DNA of 64,000 nucleotides, from positions 16,203 through 80,202 of the forward strand of contig CAZWJT010000001.1 of assembly GCA_964634935.1 (NCBI GenBank), written 5' to 3'. Made by a program: the position numbers and the translations under genes. This stretch comes from an uncultured Planctomycetia bacterium (lineage in GTDB: Bacteria; Omnitrophota; Gorgyraeia; Duberdicusellales; Duberdicusellaceae). This document shows, piece by piece, positions 1 through 9,542 of the stretch (its first letter is position 1; each line of letters starts with the position of its first letter). Under the pieces are notes generated by a model. It was not told the DNA's origin. It worked only from the letters and a program-made list of their open reading frames with translations, and ran no database searches.

Positions 1-46
1 TTCCTTTCTGATTCGCTTGCAATTGCGCTAAAGAAATTTTTTTCAT
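1..46 (-). CDS. N-terminal fragment of an unidentified CDS that runs off the window (MKKISLAQLQANQKG...)
   Basis: ATG at 44-46 on the minus strand, preceded by an AAAGGGGAAC ribosome-binding-like motif. The frame stays open to the window edge. Too short to assign a function. Confidence 0.3.
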   Translation of the reverse strand, partial: MKKISLAQLQANQKG

Positions 47-121
47 GAGTTCCCCTTTATCGTTCGACTACTTGCTCTGAAACTTTACCAACAAAAACAT
101 ACGCACAGATTGCCAACCCTG

Positions 122-628
122 CTAATTATTTTTCCCGAATGCCCTAGGATTTTTCTCCACTATCTCCGCTGATTTGGTTAATTCCTCGAGAATATGCTGC
201 GCATCTTCACGAGATAAGAGCGGAATAGGATCTGCTGATCGCAATCTAGATAAAAAAGAACCTTTTAGAAAACGCATGGAAAAATAGACCTTGCTTCCAC
301 GCATATAGGTTTTTGGGGTTGGCCGCGGATAGGAAAACATGAAAGTTTTAAGTTGAATTGAACACTTTGGTTTTAGATAAATCTGTAATTCATTTTCTTC
401 ATGGAAAATATTATAATCCCATCCGAATTTACGCGTTTGATACATACCACTTAAACAAAGCGTCATACCGAAGAACCGAGATATAACTTTTGGCATTTCA
501 AGAAACTGCGAAAAAGCGCTAAAGCTTTGAATCGCCCTATTTCTCTGGCGTTTAAGCCAGTAAACAGCAAAAATGCAAACAAAACCAAGAAGAACTAAAT
601 GATAGAGATTTTTCGGACACATATACAA
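122..628 (-). CDS. hypothetical membrane-anchored protein
   Basis: 168-aa ORF with an N-terminal hydrophobic segment (LVLLGFVCIFAVYWL). No recognisable motif. Confidence 0.35.
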   Translation of the reverse strand: MYMCPKNLYHLVLLGFVCIFAVYWLKRQRNRAIQSFSAFSQFLEMPKVISRFFGMTLCLSGMYQTRKFGWDYNIFHEENELQIYLKPKCSIQLKTFMFSYPRPTPKTYMRGSKVYFSMRFLKGSFLSRLRSADPIPLLSREDAQHILEELTKSAEIVEKNPRAFGKNN

Positions 629-725
629 ATCGGATTTGGTAGTGTATATGATATCATAAATAACGGAAGGATAAATAAAAAAAGGCTACCACTAAAAGAC
701 AGCTCTAGAGAAACAAAAATAGTTT

Positions 726-1146
726 TCAAGATTGACAATCAAGCCAGGCTTTAACTTTATCCTCAATCTGTTTCCTGATCACCCTTATCTTACGCAATCT
801 CTCGCCCTCTGATCCCGTAAAACTTGAAGGATCCTGAAATCCCCAATGAAGCCGTTCCCCTTTACCCGGGAACACCGGACAAGCCCCAGATTGCGACTCA
901 TCGCAGACCGTAATCACATAATCGTATTGTTTACCCTGCTTATAGAAATCAAAAACACTCTTGGTCTTATTTTTCGAGATATCTATGCCGACTTCCTTCA
1001 TAGCCCCAACCACAATAGGATTGAGCTTGCCCGGCTCAAGACCGGCGCTTTCCACCTCAAAGCGATCACCTCCATATTTCTTCAAGAATGCCTCTGCCAT
1101 CTGCGAGCGCGCAGAGTTGTGAATACATACAAACAAAACCTTTTTC

Positions 1147-1154
<8 letters not shown>
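726..1154 (-). CDS. arsC: arsenate reductase, LMW-PTP/thioredoxin-coupled type
   Basis: Starts [16 protein letters not shown], the CX5R(S) P-loop of the low-molecular-weight phosphatase family. Downstream Cys residues present. 142 aa. Overlaps the ACR3 gene by 8 nt. Confidence 0.85.
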
Positions 1155-2247
<1,093 letters not shown>

Positions 2248-2260
2248 TTACTCTCCTTCC

Positions 2261-2947
2261 CTAAAACAACTTCAAGATATAAATTCCGGAATAATATAAG
2301 CCAACGAGAATAAAAATAACCCCGGTGATCCTGCGGGTATAAAATTCCAGCTTCGTGATTTTATGGAACCAATGGCTCATCGATGTCACTCCCAGCGCAA
2401 CAGCAACAGCGAAACCCAGCACCGGAAGTCCTGTCCCTATACCATAGATAAACGGCAATATCGTTCCGGCTTTGCTATTAAGCGCCAATGGAATAAGACT
2501 CCCGAAGAATAACGCCGCCGAGACAGGACAAAACGCTAAAGCAAATATAACCCCCAAAAGGAAAGCGCCGGGAGCACCCGACTCCACAAGTTTATTGTGG
2601 TGCTTTTGAGACAGTGTCACGCCGGGCAATTTTATCGTGATAACTTCCAACAAAAACAATCCTGTAATTATCAAAAGAGGCCCTAATGCCTTAACCATGT
2701 ATTTCTGCAAAAACTGCGCAACTTGCGGAACGCTTAACAGCGAACCGATAATGATCCAGCCGAGAACAGCGTAAGCAACCATCCTGCCGAGCGTATAGGC
2801 GAGCCCTGAAATAAACACCATAAACGGATGAGCTATCTTCTTTGAAAGAAATGATACCGCCGCAATATTTGTGGCTAAAGGGCATGGGCTGATTGACGTC
2901 AATATTCCAAGCCAAACGGCTGAACCTAAAGCGATTAAAAACTCCAT
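2261..2947 (-). CDS. ccdA: CcdA/DsbD-family transmembrane thiol:disulfide electron transporter
   Basis: 228 aa, about 6 TM segments. SPCPLA motif in TM1 and a second Cys (FCPVSAALFF), typical of the DsbD transmembrane-domain family. Its start overlaps the stop of the upstream thioredoxin-like gene (TAATG). Confidence 0.75.
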   Translation of the reverse strand: MEFLIALGSAVWLGILTSISPCPLATNIAAVSFLSKKIAHPFMVFISGLAYTLGRMVAYAVLGWIIIGSLLSVPQVAQFLQKYMVKALGPLLIITGLFLLEVITIKLPGVTLSQKHHNKLVESGAPGAFLLGVIFALAFCPVSAALFFGSLIPLALNSKAGTILPFIYGIGTGLPVLGFAVAVALGVTSMSHWFHKITKLEFYTRRITGVIFILVGLYYSGIYILKLF

Positions 2948-3366
2948 TATTGCGTATCCTTCATAAATGTATTTAATTCACCAGTCACATAATCCATAAA
3001 CTTTTGCTTATTGCGGGCAAGCTCCCAGATCTTATCAAGATTCTTCGATTTAGCTTCCTTGCCGTCTTTGACCAGCGAAAGAATAAGCGACTTGGTGTAC
3101 AGCTTATAGTCATCTACAAAATGCTCATTGCCCCGGTCCTCAACGTTTACCGCCTTAAACTCAAGTCTGCCCGAAGTGAGAGCATCTTTAAAATTCACCT
3201 CGATTGCCTCTCTGGAATACTTCTCCATGTTGGTGCAAGTGACACACCGAAATGATCCATGGAAATAATAAACGATGACTTTCGCTTGCGGACTTGATTG
3301 GGCTAAAGCGAAGGAACCGGTGCTAATTGCCGCAACAACCGCAAGAACCTGAATTATTTTTCTCAC
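2947..3366 (-). CDS. exported thioredoxin-fold protein with CxxC (CVTC) motif
   Basis: The track ORF runs to 3399. I prefer a GTG start at 3364-3366 because AGGAGG lies 5 nt upstream of it. That start gives the signal peptide M-RKIIQVLAVVAAISTGSFALA/QS. CVTC redox motif in a thioredoxin-like context (VIVYYFHGSFRCVTC). Confidence 0.55.
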   Translation of the reverse strand: MRKIIQVLAVVAAISTGSFALAQSSPQAKVIVYYFHGSFRCVTCTNMEKYSREAIEVNFKDALTSGRLEFKAVNVEDRGNEHFVDDYKLYTKSLILSLVKDGKEAKSKNLDKIWELARNKQKFMDYVTGELNTFMKDTQ

Positions 3367-3604
3367 ATCCGCCTCCTGAAAGGATTGTTTTGATCTCATT
3401 CTTACTTAAGACTTTCCCGGATGAAACTACCTTGCCATCAATAGCCAATCCGGGCGTCATCATGACACCGTATGCGGTAATTTTATCGATATCCGTGACC
3501 TTACCGATCTCGGCTTGAATGTTAAGTTCTTTAATAGCTTCCTCGGCGTTCGCCGTAAGCTGTTTGCATTTAGGGCACCCGACACCCAATATTTCAATCT
3601 TCAT
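3323..3604 (-). CDS. small thioredoxin-family protein (redox-active disulfide protein 2 type) with a C-terminal Cys-rich tail
   Basis: Real start is MKIEILGVGCPKCK with GGAGG 6 nt upstream; the first 37 codons of the track ORF are upstream read-through. CPKC active site and YGVM.TP..AIDGKVV core. Extra tail GGGCEKNNSGSCGCCGN. Confidence 0.7.
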   Translation of the reverse strand: MKIEILGVGCPKCKQLTANAEEAIKELNIQAEIGKVTDIDKITAYGVMMTPGLAIDGKVVSSGKVLSKNEIKTILSGGGCEKNNSGSCGCCGN

Positions 3605-3716
3605 ATCCCGCCTCCATCTTAACTTTAACCATTGTTTAATCAGAGTAAATATCTTTAGCCCTACCGCACTAAAGAATACGTAGCACAATCCCGTATTTCC
3701 ACAATATTGGCACATA

Positions 3717-4889
3717 TCATTTAACTATTGCTCCAAAAATCATTCCGCTTATCGTCGCCATAATGACAACGAGTGCCACGTATATAATTGTTTTTTTGGT
3801 ACCGATAACTCCTCTTATAACCAGCATACTCGGCAAGCTCAGCGCAGGCCCGGCCAAGAGAAGCGCTAACGCAGGCCCTTTACCCATTCCTGATCCGATC
3901 AATCCCTGCAAGATCGGAATCTCGGTAAGCGTGGCAAAATACATGAATGCCGCTACAATCGATGAGAAGAAATTCGCCCGCAAAGAATTGCCTCCGACCA
4001 ACGCCTCTACCCAGCGGGAAGGAATAACGCCTTCGTGACCGACCCTTCCCAAGAGAAACCCGGAAATCAGAACACCGCCCAAAAGAAGCGGAAGTATTTG
4101 CAAAGCGAAAGCCCATGTTGCCGAAGTCCACTCTTTTAATTCATCCTTTTTGAACCACTTGATAAGCATTGCCGCCAAGCTAACAAGAGAGAAACCTGCG
4201 ATCCACCATTTATATTGATAAATGAACGACCATGCGCCATGATCGCCTTCTAATGGCTTGCCCCAATTAGCGAAAACCAGTATTACCACCATAGAGGCAA
4301 AATAAAGAACGGCCTGTGCTAATGAGCGGGTTTCTTTTACCTCTCCGACGTTAAAATCGCCGTTTGCATGCCGAGCTCTCTCTTTTTTTAGAAATATCAA
4401 ATGCATCAATAATCCGATTACGACGCTAAAAACCACAGCCCCGATAGCTCGAGCCAATCCTAATTGCCAGCCAAGGATCCGGGCCGTCAAGATAATCGCC
4501 AAAACATTGATTGCGGGTCCGGAATAAAGGAAGGTGATCGCAGGCCCAAGCCCTGCGCCGCGTTTGTAGATGCCGGAAAACAAAGGCAAAACCGTACACG
4601 AACATACCGCCAAGATCGTCCCGGACACGGACGCCACACTGTAGGAAAGAAACTTATTCGCCTTCGCGCCGAAATACTTCATAACCGACGCTTGACTGAC
4701 AAACACAGAAATGGCTCCCGCAATAAAGAACGCCGGAACAAGACACAAAAGCACGTGCTCCCGGGCGTACCATTTAACAAGCGCCAAAGCTTCAAAGACA
4801 GCGTTGGTAAAACGAAAATTCTCAACCGGCAGGTAAAAACAGCCTAAGAATATGGCGGCAATATATAAAAATTTCTTCCATTCTTTCAT
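3717..4889 (-). CDS. COG0701/DUF318-type membrane permease (ArsP-like)
   Basis: 390-aa polytopic membrane protein with an intramembrane CSC motif (AVCSCTVLPLF), as in ArsP-type organoarsenical permeases. Embedded in the ars cluster. ATGA overlap with the upstream regulator gene. Confidence 0.65.
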   Translation of the reverse strand: MKEWKKFLYIAAIFLGCFYLPVENFRFTNAVFEALALVKWYAREHVLLCLVPAFFIAGAISVFVSQASVMKYFGAKANKFLSYSVASVSGTILAVCSCTVLPLFSGIYKRGAGLGPAITFLYSGPAINVLAIILTARILGWQLGLARAIGAVVFSVVIGLLMHLIFLKKERARHANGDFNVGEVKETRSLAQAVLYFASMVVILVFANWGKPLEGDHGAWSFIYQYKWWIAGFSLVSLAAMLIKWFKKDELKEWTSATWAFALQILPLLLGGVLISGFLLGRVGHEGVIPSRWVEALVGGNSLRANFFSSIVAAFMYFATLTEIPILQGLIGSGMGKGPALALLLAGPALSLPSMLVIRGVIGTKKTIIYVALVVIMATISGMIFGAIVK

Positions 4890-5194
4890 CTTTTAATCGC
4901 CTTCCCTACGACAGAACAACAGCCCCCCTCAATGCGTATTGCCTTAATATTCACCAGTGCGTCAGTCACTTTTTTATGGGCTGATGCTAGAATACGCGAA
5001 ATCGTCGATTGATGTATTTTCATCTGCTTAGCTATCTTTCCCTGCTCATACCCCTCAAGATATGAAAGGCGCATTGCCTCAAATTCATCTAAAGTAAGGA
5101 TAACACCTTCAAGCTCGCTTTTTGACTTGCATTGAGGCCGGAAACAACGCTCTCCCGGCTCACATGTTACCCATCTTGTCTTTTTAGGCCTCAT
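4886..5194 (-). CDS. DUF134/UPF0251-type small DNA-binding protein (sigma-70 region-4-like HTH) with N- and C-terminal Cys clusters
   Basis: 102 aa. HTH segment GKIAKQMKIHQSTISRILASA. Cys residues at VTCEPGERCFRPQC and GGCC. First gene after a strong promoter, with GGAGAAGG ribosome-binding site. Confidence 0.6.
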   Translation of the reverse strand: MRPKKTRWVTCEPGERCFRPQCKSKSELEGVILTLDEFEAMRLSYLEGYEQGKIAKQMKIHQSTISRILASAHKKVTDALVNIKAIRIEGGCCSVVGKAIKR

Positions 5195-5210
5195 CCTTCT
5201 CCGCGTAGTT

Positions 5211-5240
5211 ATGCATATATATGCATTATAGTAGAATGCA
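5211..5240. promoter_or_regulatory. candidate operator: perfect 16-bp palindrome ATGCATATATATGCAT (5211-5226) and overlapping TGCATT-N7-AATGCA (5222-5240)
   Basis: Read directly from the sequence. The palindromes overlap the -10 element and the +1 region of the promoter above. Confidence 0.45.
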
Positions 5241-5252
5241 TTCCTTTGTCAA
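5225..5252 (-). promoter_or_regulatory. near-consensus sigma-70 promoter for the ars-like operon (minus strand TTGACA-16 nt-TATAAT)
   Basis: The reverse complement of 5225-5252 reads TTGACAaaggaatgcattctacTATAAT. It lies 30 nt upstream of the ATG at 5194. Confidence 0.5.
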
Positions 5253-5296
5253 GATCGATATGAGCAGAAATTATTTTCCGGCCTGGGAGAAAAGGC

Positions 5297-7903
5297 TTAT
5301 TTTTTACGCTTCGCCAAGAGGCTTGAATCGCTGGAAAAACAAAGTACTTTTTGGGTTATAACATCAGCCATAATTTTTAGCTCTTTTTCTGAAGCATCAT
5401 ATACTTTAATAACTTTGTCATATTTTTTGTAGGAAGGAAGGTACCGCCCCAAACCATCAAAATAGGTGTTGAAAATATCAGATCGCACACAGACGCCCGG
5501 CTTACCTGGAAACAACGCCAAGTAAAAGATGCCGGCCTCGACTAAATCCTGGAAAAAATGGGTTCCGTAGGAAAGTTCGGGCATAACATTACCTTCTGAA
5601 AAAGCAATTTCTCCCAAAACAGAAACATTATTAATCTCGGAAAAAGAAACCGGAACTCCAAGCGAAGGAGTACTCGTCCCCCATCGTCCAGGCCCCAAAA
5701 GCATGGTTACTTTTTCTTCCGTATGCCGTATTTGCTTATTCAATTCTCCTATCGCACGGGCGATATCATACCGGGACGATTGAGACTTCAAAGCACAGTA
5801 AGCTTTTGGATCAACATAAATAATCCGATGAAGATTCAAAGATACATTGCCCCCGATGAAATTACCGTGTGACTGGAAAAGAATCTTTTCCCGATCTATT
5901 GTTTCCGGAATATCAACCTTGTTCCCTAAACCTTTCGTCTGCATGGGCCTGCACTGTAAAAGATTCAGCTGAAATCCGCCGTTCCTTTTGAAATTCACCG
6001 TAAACTCTATATCGACAGGATATTGATAAGTTTCCTGAAGAACCCGAAGAAGCTTCCGCATTGTTTCCCCAAATCTAGTCTTGGAAAAAAGCTGATCAAA
6101 AGTAATAATCCAGCCTCTTTTATCTTGCTCTAAGCTATCCGCCTCTCCTTCAATCCCGGGTCCCTTTGTAGCAATCAAGTCTAAATCCAAGTCCAGTCCT
6201 TCATCGAGTAAATGACCCAAAAAAACTGTCTGCAGGGTATTTTCCCGAACATTCAACACATCAACATCATGCTGAGAGAACCTTTGTGCCTCTTCGATGT
6301 CGCCATGGACTTTCAGCAATGGGTCATCTAAGGCTACAATGCGGGGATAATCACCTTCAACGCGGTTTACAGCCCGGGTGCCAAGACCGAGTACCAACCG
6401 TAACATTCCTGCTTTGGGGTCTAAATCTTTCTTCCAAACAAAAGCATTATACGAAATCCCGACGCCGGCAACGTCCGGGAAAAAATACTTCCCATGAAAA
6501 ATACCTGAAACACGTTGTACTAGTAAAGCCATCTGCTCGTCAAGTTTATCTAAACCGCGTTGTAAGCGATAAGCCAAAGCATCTTCGTTTAAAGTGGAAG
6601 CATATACTTGCAGGATAGCACGGACGAACTTTTCATATCGTTCTTCCGGCGTGCCTTGATTCACCAAAAAAATGCTTTCGTATTTTCCCGCGAAAGCATT
6701 GCCGTAACCATCTTCTAGCAAACTACTTGACCGAACAATAATCGGCGATTGACCAAAATAATCAATCAAATGTTGAAATTGTTCTTTGAGCTCCTCTGGG
6801 AAAAAACCTCGCAATAGCTTTTCTCGCAAAGTACGAGCAACCGTAAAATACCCTTCCTGTGTTTTCTGTTCCATACGTTCATTCCACCAACCGTTCTCTA
6901 CAATATAGGTATAGAAAACATCTGAACCAATATAGAAAGAATCATGTGGTTCAAAAAACTTTTCTACCTGTAAAGACTTCTCTCGCGCAAGTATATTTCG
7001 AGCAATCAACATCCCAACAGACTTTCCTCCAATGAAACCTGTCCCGATCATCCGTGATTTAATCGTAAGAAAATCTTCTATCGTCAGATTTTCCCTAGCA
7101 AGCTTCAGTATTTTTTCATCACGGGAAATAATCAATTTTGACAGCTGGTCAATTACCCGCGCTTTTTCCTTGCGCGATATTCCTTTTTGACCGGCAAGAT
7201 CTTCCGCTTTCATAAAAATCCTATCCCAACTGTCCAATTTTCGTTTTGTACTCTTTGTTCCCTGCTTAAACACATTTGAAAATAAACGAGCGGTATCAAC
7301 ACTACTCGCAATAGGAACAAAACACCCTTTCTTTTTTACATGAGGCAAAAACATCGCTGGGGTATATCGATTCCAGACTTTCAGCGGGTGCACATAATGA
7401 TGACCTTGGTAACGATAGACGTCAATGAGAAGTTGCGTCGTATCACGAATACGAGCAATCGTCTTGAAAGAGTGGCTATAGCGGAAAATCGAAAAATAGG
7501 CAATGGTGTCAAGTTCAAAAAGGAATGGGCAGGTTATTTTAAAAAAATTTCCGATCATTAAATCATTGGACCAGACAGAAAGCAGATCAGAAAGACAATC
7601 AAAAACATAAAAAACACCTTTACCTTCTCTCCTGATAATGCCGTTGAGCGTGGTAGAAAAAGATTCAAATCCAAGCGAAGCATTGACTTCGTAAAAAACC
7701 GATACCTGTGATTTCTCAAAAAGAGGTTTATGATTGGCAAAGCGTATATAAACAACGCGTCTTTTTTCTTTGAGGGAATTACGCACAAAGGGAGCAGTAA
7801 GATCCCGGTAGTCATGCATAGAATCAATCTGCCAGACGACGTTATCACCCAGTTGTAAACCAGTGAGAACTTTATCTAAACTCAGATCTCCGGTACTAAC
7901 CAT
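5297..7903 (-). CDS. PEP/pyruvate-binding (PPDK_N, ATP-grasp) domain protein with a large unknown N-terminal domain
   Basis: 868 aa. The central region has FIGGKSVGMLIARNIL ... IIVRSSSLLEDG ... GPGRWGT, typical of the nucleotide-binding domain of PEP synthase / pyruvate phosphate dikinase. No His swivel domain or PEP-utilising C-domain is evident. Confidence 0.6.
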   Translation of the reverse strand: MVSTGDLSLDKVLTGLQLGDNVVWQIDSMHDYRDLTAPFVRNSLKEKRRVVYIRFANHKPLFEKSQVSVFYEVNASLGFESFSTTLNGIIRREGKGVFYVFDCLSDLLSVWSNDLMIGNFFKITCPFLFELDTIAYFSIFRYSHSFKTIARIRDTTQLLIDVYRYQGHHYVHPLKVWNRYTPAMFLPHVKKKGCFVPIASSVDTARLFSNVFKQGTKSTKRKLDSWDRIFMKAEDLAGQKGISRKEKARVIDQLSKLIISRDEKILKLARENLTIEDFLTIKSRMIGTGFIGGKSVGMLIARNILAREKSLQVEKFFEPHDSFYIGSDVFYTYIVENGWWNERMEQKTQEGYFTVARTLREKLLRGFFPEELKEQFQHLIDYFGQSPIIVRSSSLLEDGYGNAFAGKYESIFLVNQGTPEERYEKFVRAILQVYASTLNEDALAYRLQRGLDKLDEQMALLVQRVSGIFHGKYFFPDVAGVGISYNAFVWKKDLDPKAGMLRLVLGLGTRAVNRVEGDYPRIVALDDPLLKVHGDIEEAQRFSQHDVDVLNVRENTLQTVFLGHLLDEGLDLDLDLIATKGPGIEGEADSLEQDKRGWIITFDQLFSKTRFGETMRKLLRVLQETYQYPVDIEFTVNFKRNGGFQLNLLQCRPMQTKGLGNKVDIPETIDREKILFQSHGNFIGGNVSLNLHRIIYVDPKAYCALKSQSSRYDIARAIGELNKQIRHTEEKVTMLLGPGRWGTSTPSLGVPVSFSEINNVSVLGEIAFSEGNVMPELSYGTHFFQDLVEAGIFYLALFPGKPGVCVRSDIFNTYFDGLGRYLPSYKKYDKVIKVYDASEKELKIMADVITQKVLCFSSDSSLLAKRKK

Positions 7904-8094
7904 TCATATTCTCTTGTATGATCATTTTTATGAATACCCCACGAAATGCCAGTGTACTCTGCAGGGTTTTTCCCTGGACATCATTGTAGCATAAAAACTA
8001 TACCAAAAATAAGTTTTGAATGTATAAAAGTATTTTAAAAAAGATACCGGAATATCAAAGAAGATAAAATCGTAACTGGAAAAACAAGGGTTAT

Positions 8095-8134
8095 TACAAA
8101 AAACGCTAGCCAGATTTACCCTGACTAGCGTTTT
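8095..8134 (-). terminator. intrinsic terminator-like hairpin downstream of gdhA
   Basis: AAAACGCTAGCCAG / CTGACTAGCGTTTT inverted repeat (9 of 10 bp paired, plus A:T extension). On the minus strand it is followed by TTTTTTGTAATAA. Confidence 0.45.
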
Positions 8135-8153
8135 GCTCTCTCAGAAAAATTTT

Positions 8154-9491
8154 CTATACGACTCCTTGTGCTAACATTGCGTCAGCCACTTTGACAAACC
8201 CAGCGATATTCGCGCCTTTTACGTAATTTATGTATTTATCGTCTTTCCCATAACGCACGCAATTTTCGTGGATTGCAATCATGATATCGTGAAGCTTGCT
8301 GTCGACTTCCTCGCGCGACCATGACATCCGCATGCTGTTCTGGCTCATTTCCAAGCCTGACGTAGCAACACCACCGGCATTTGCTGCTTTACCCGGGGCA
8401 TATAAAATCTTTGCTTTCTGAAATATTTCTATCCCTTCAGGCGTGGTAGGCATATTCGCGCCCTCTCCTATCGCGATACAACCACTCTTGACAAGTACCT
8501 TTGCGTCTTCGCCTGAAATTTCATTCTGAGTGGCCGAGGGGAAAGCAACATCGCATTGTACCTGCCAGGGTTTTTTCTTCTCAAAATATTTGCATTTGAA
8601 TTCTTTTGCACACTCTTTAATACGCCCGCGGCGGTTGTTCTTTAGATCCAAGACGCATTTTAACTCCTTGTGATCAATCCCACCCTCATCATAGATAAAA
8701 CCGTCCGAATCCGATAAAGTAACGACTTTTGCTCCCAGTTGCAAAAGTTTCTCAACCGTATACTGCGCAACGTTTCCTGAACCGGATACTGCACAAACTT
8801 TACCTTTTAGTGAGTCACCCCTGGTTTTTAACATTTCCTCCACAAAATAAACGCACCCATATCCTGTTGCTTCCGGCCGAATGAGACTTCCGCCCCAGTT
8901 CAAACCCTTACCGGTAAGAACTCCCGTAAATTCATTTCTCAATCTTTTGTATTGGCCAAACATGTACCCAATTTCACGCCCACCGACACCGATATCTCCA
9001 GCCGGAACGTCTGTGTCCGGGCCAATATGCCGGAAAAGTTCACTCATAAAACTCTGGCAAAAACGCATCACTTCATTATCCGATTTTCCTTTTGGATCAA
9101 AATCAGAACCGCCTTTTCCGCCTCCCATAGGAAGCGTAGTCAAGCTGTTCTTTAGAACCTGTTCAAAAGCCAGAAATTTAAGAATGCTCAAATTAACGCT
9201 TGGATGAAACCGAAGGCCGCCTTTATATGGCCCTATGGCGCTGTTCATCTCAATGCGATAGCCCTTATTAATTTGGACTTCTCCTTTATCGTCAAGCCAA
9301 GGAACCCGAAACATAATCACCCGTTCCGGTTCAGTCATCCTTTCCAGAATTTTAGCATCACGGTATTTTGGGTTTTTCTCAATGAATGCGTACAACGACT
9401 CAACAACTTCCCGCACTGCCTGATGAAATTCAGGTTCTCCCGGATTTTTGCGCATAACATCATTCATGATTGCCTGAATCTTGCTTTCCAT
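8154..9491 (-). CDS. gdhA: NADP-specific glutamate dehydrogenase
   Basis: 445 aa. GPYKGGLRFHP, LPMGGGKGGSDFDPKG and VPAGDIGVGGREIG are hallmark Glu/Leu/Phe/Val dehydrogenase motifs. Confidence 0.9.
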   Translation of the reverse strand: MESKIQAIMNDVMRKNPGEPEFHQAVREVVESLYAFIEKNPKYRDAKILERMTEPERVIMFRVPWLDDKGEVQINKGYRIEMNSAIGPYKGGLRFHPSVNLSILKFLAFEQVLKNSLTTLPMGGGKGGSDFDPKGKSDNEVMRFCQSFMSELFRHIGPDTDVPAGDIGVGGREIGYMFGQYKRLRNEFTGVLTGKGLNWGGSLIRPEATGYGCVYFVEEMLKTRGDSLKGKVCAVSGSGNVAQYTVEKLLQLGAKVVTLSDSDGFIYDEGGIDHKELKCVLDLKNNRRGRIKECAKEFKCKYFEKKKPWQVQCDVAFPSATQNEISGEDAKVLVKSGCIAIGEGANMPTTPEGIEIFQKAKILYAPGKAANAGGVATSGLEMSQNSMRMSWSREEVDSKLHDIMIAIHENCVRYGKDDKYINYVKGANIAGFVKVADAMLAQGVV

Positions 9492-9542
9492 ACTTAGCCT
9501 CCTTAACCTTGTTAGTATTTTGTATGATGAAACACCTAAAAA

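Noticed and set aside
2691-2915. 74-aa minus-strand ORF inside ccdA
   Set aside because: Alternative frame of a well-supported membrane protein gene.
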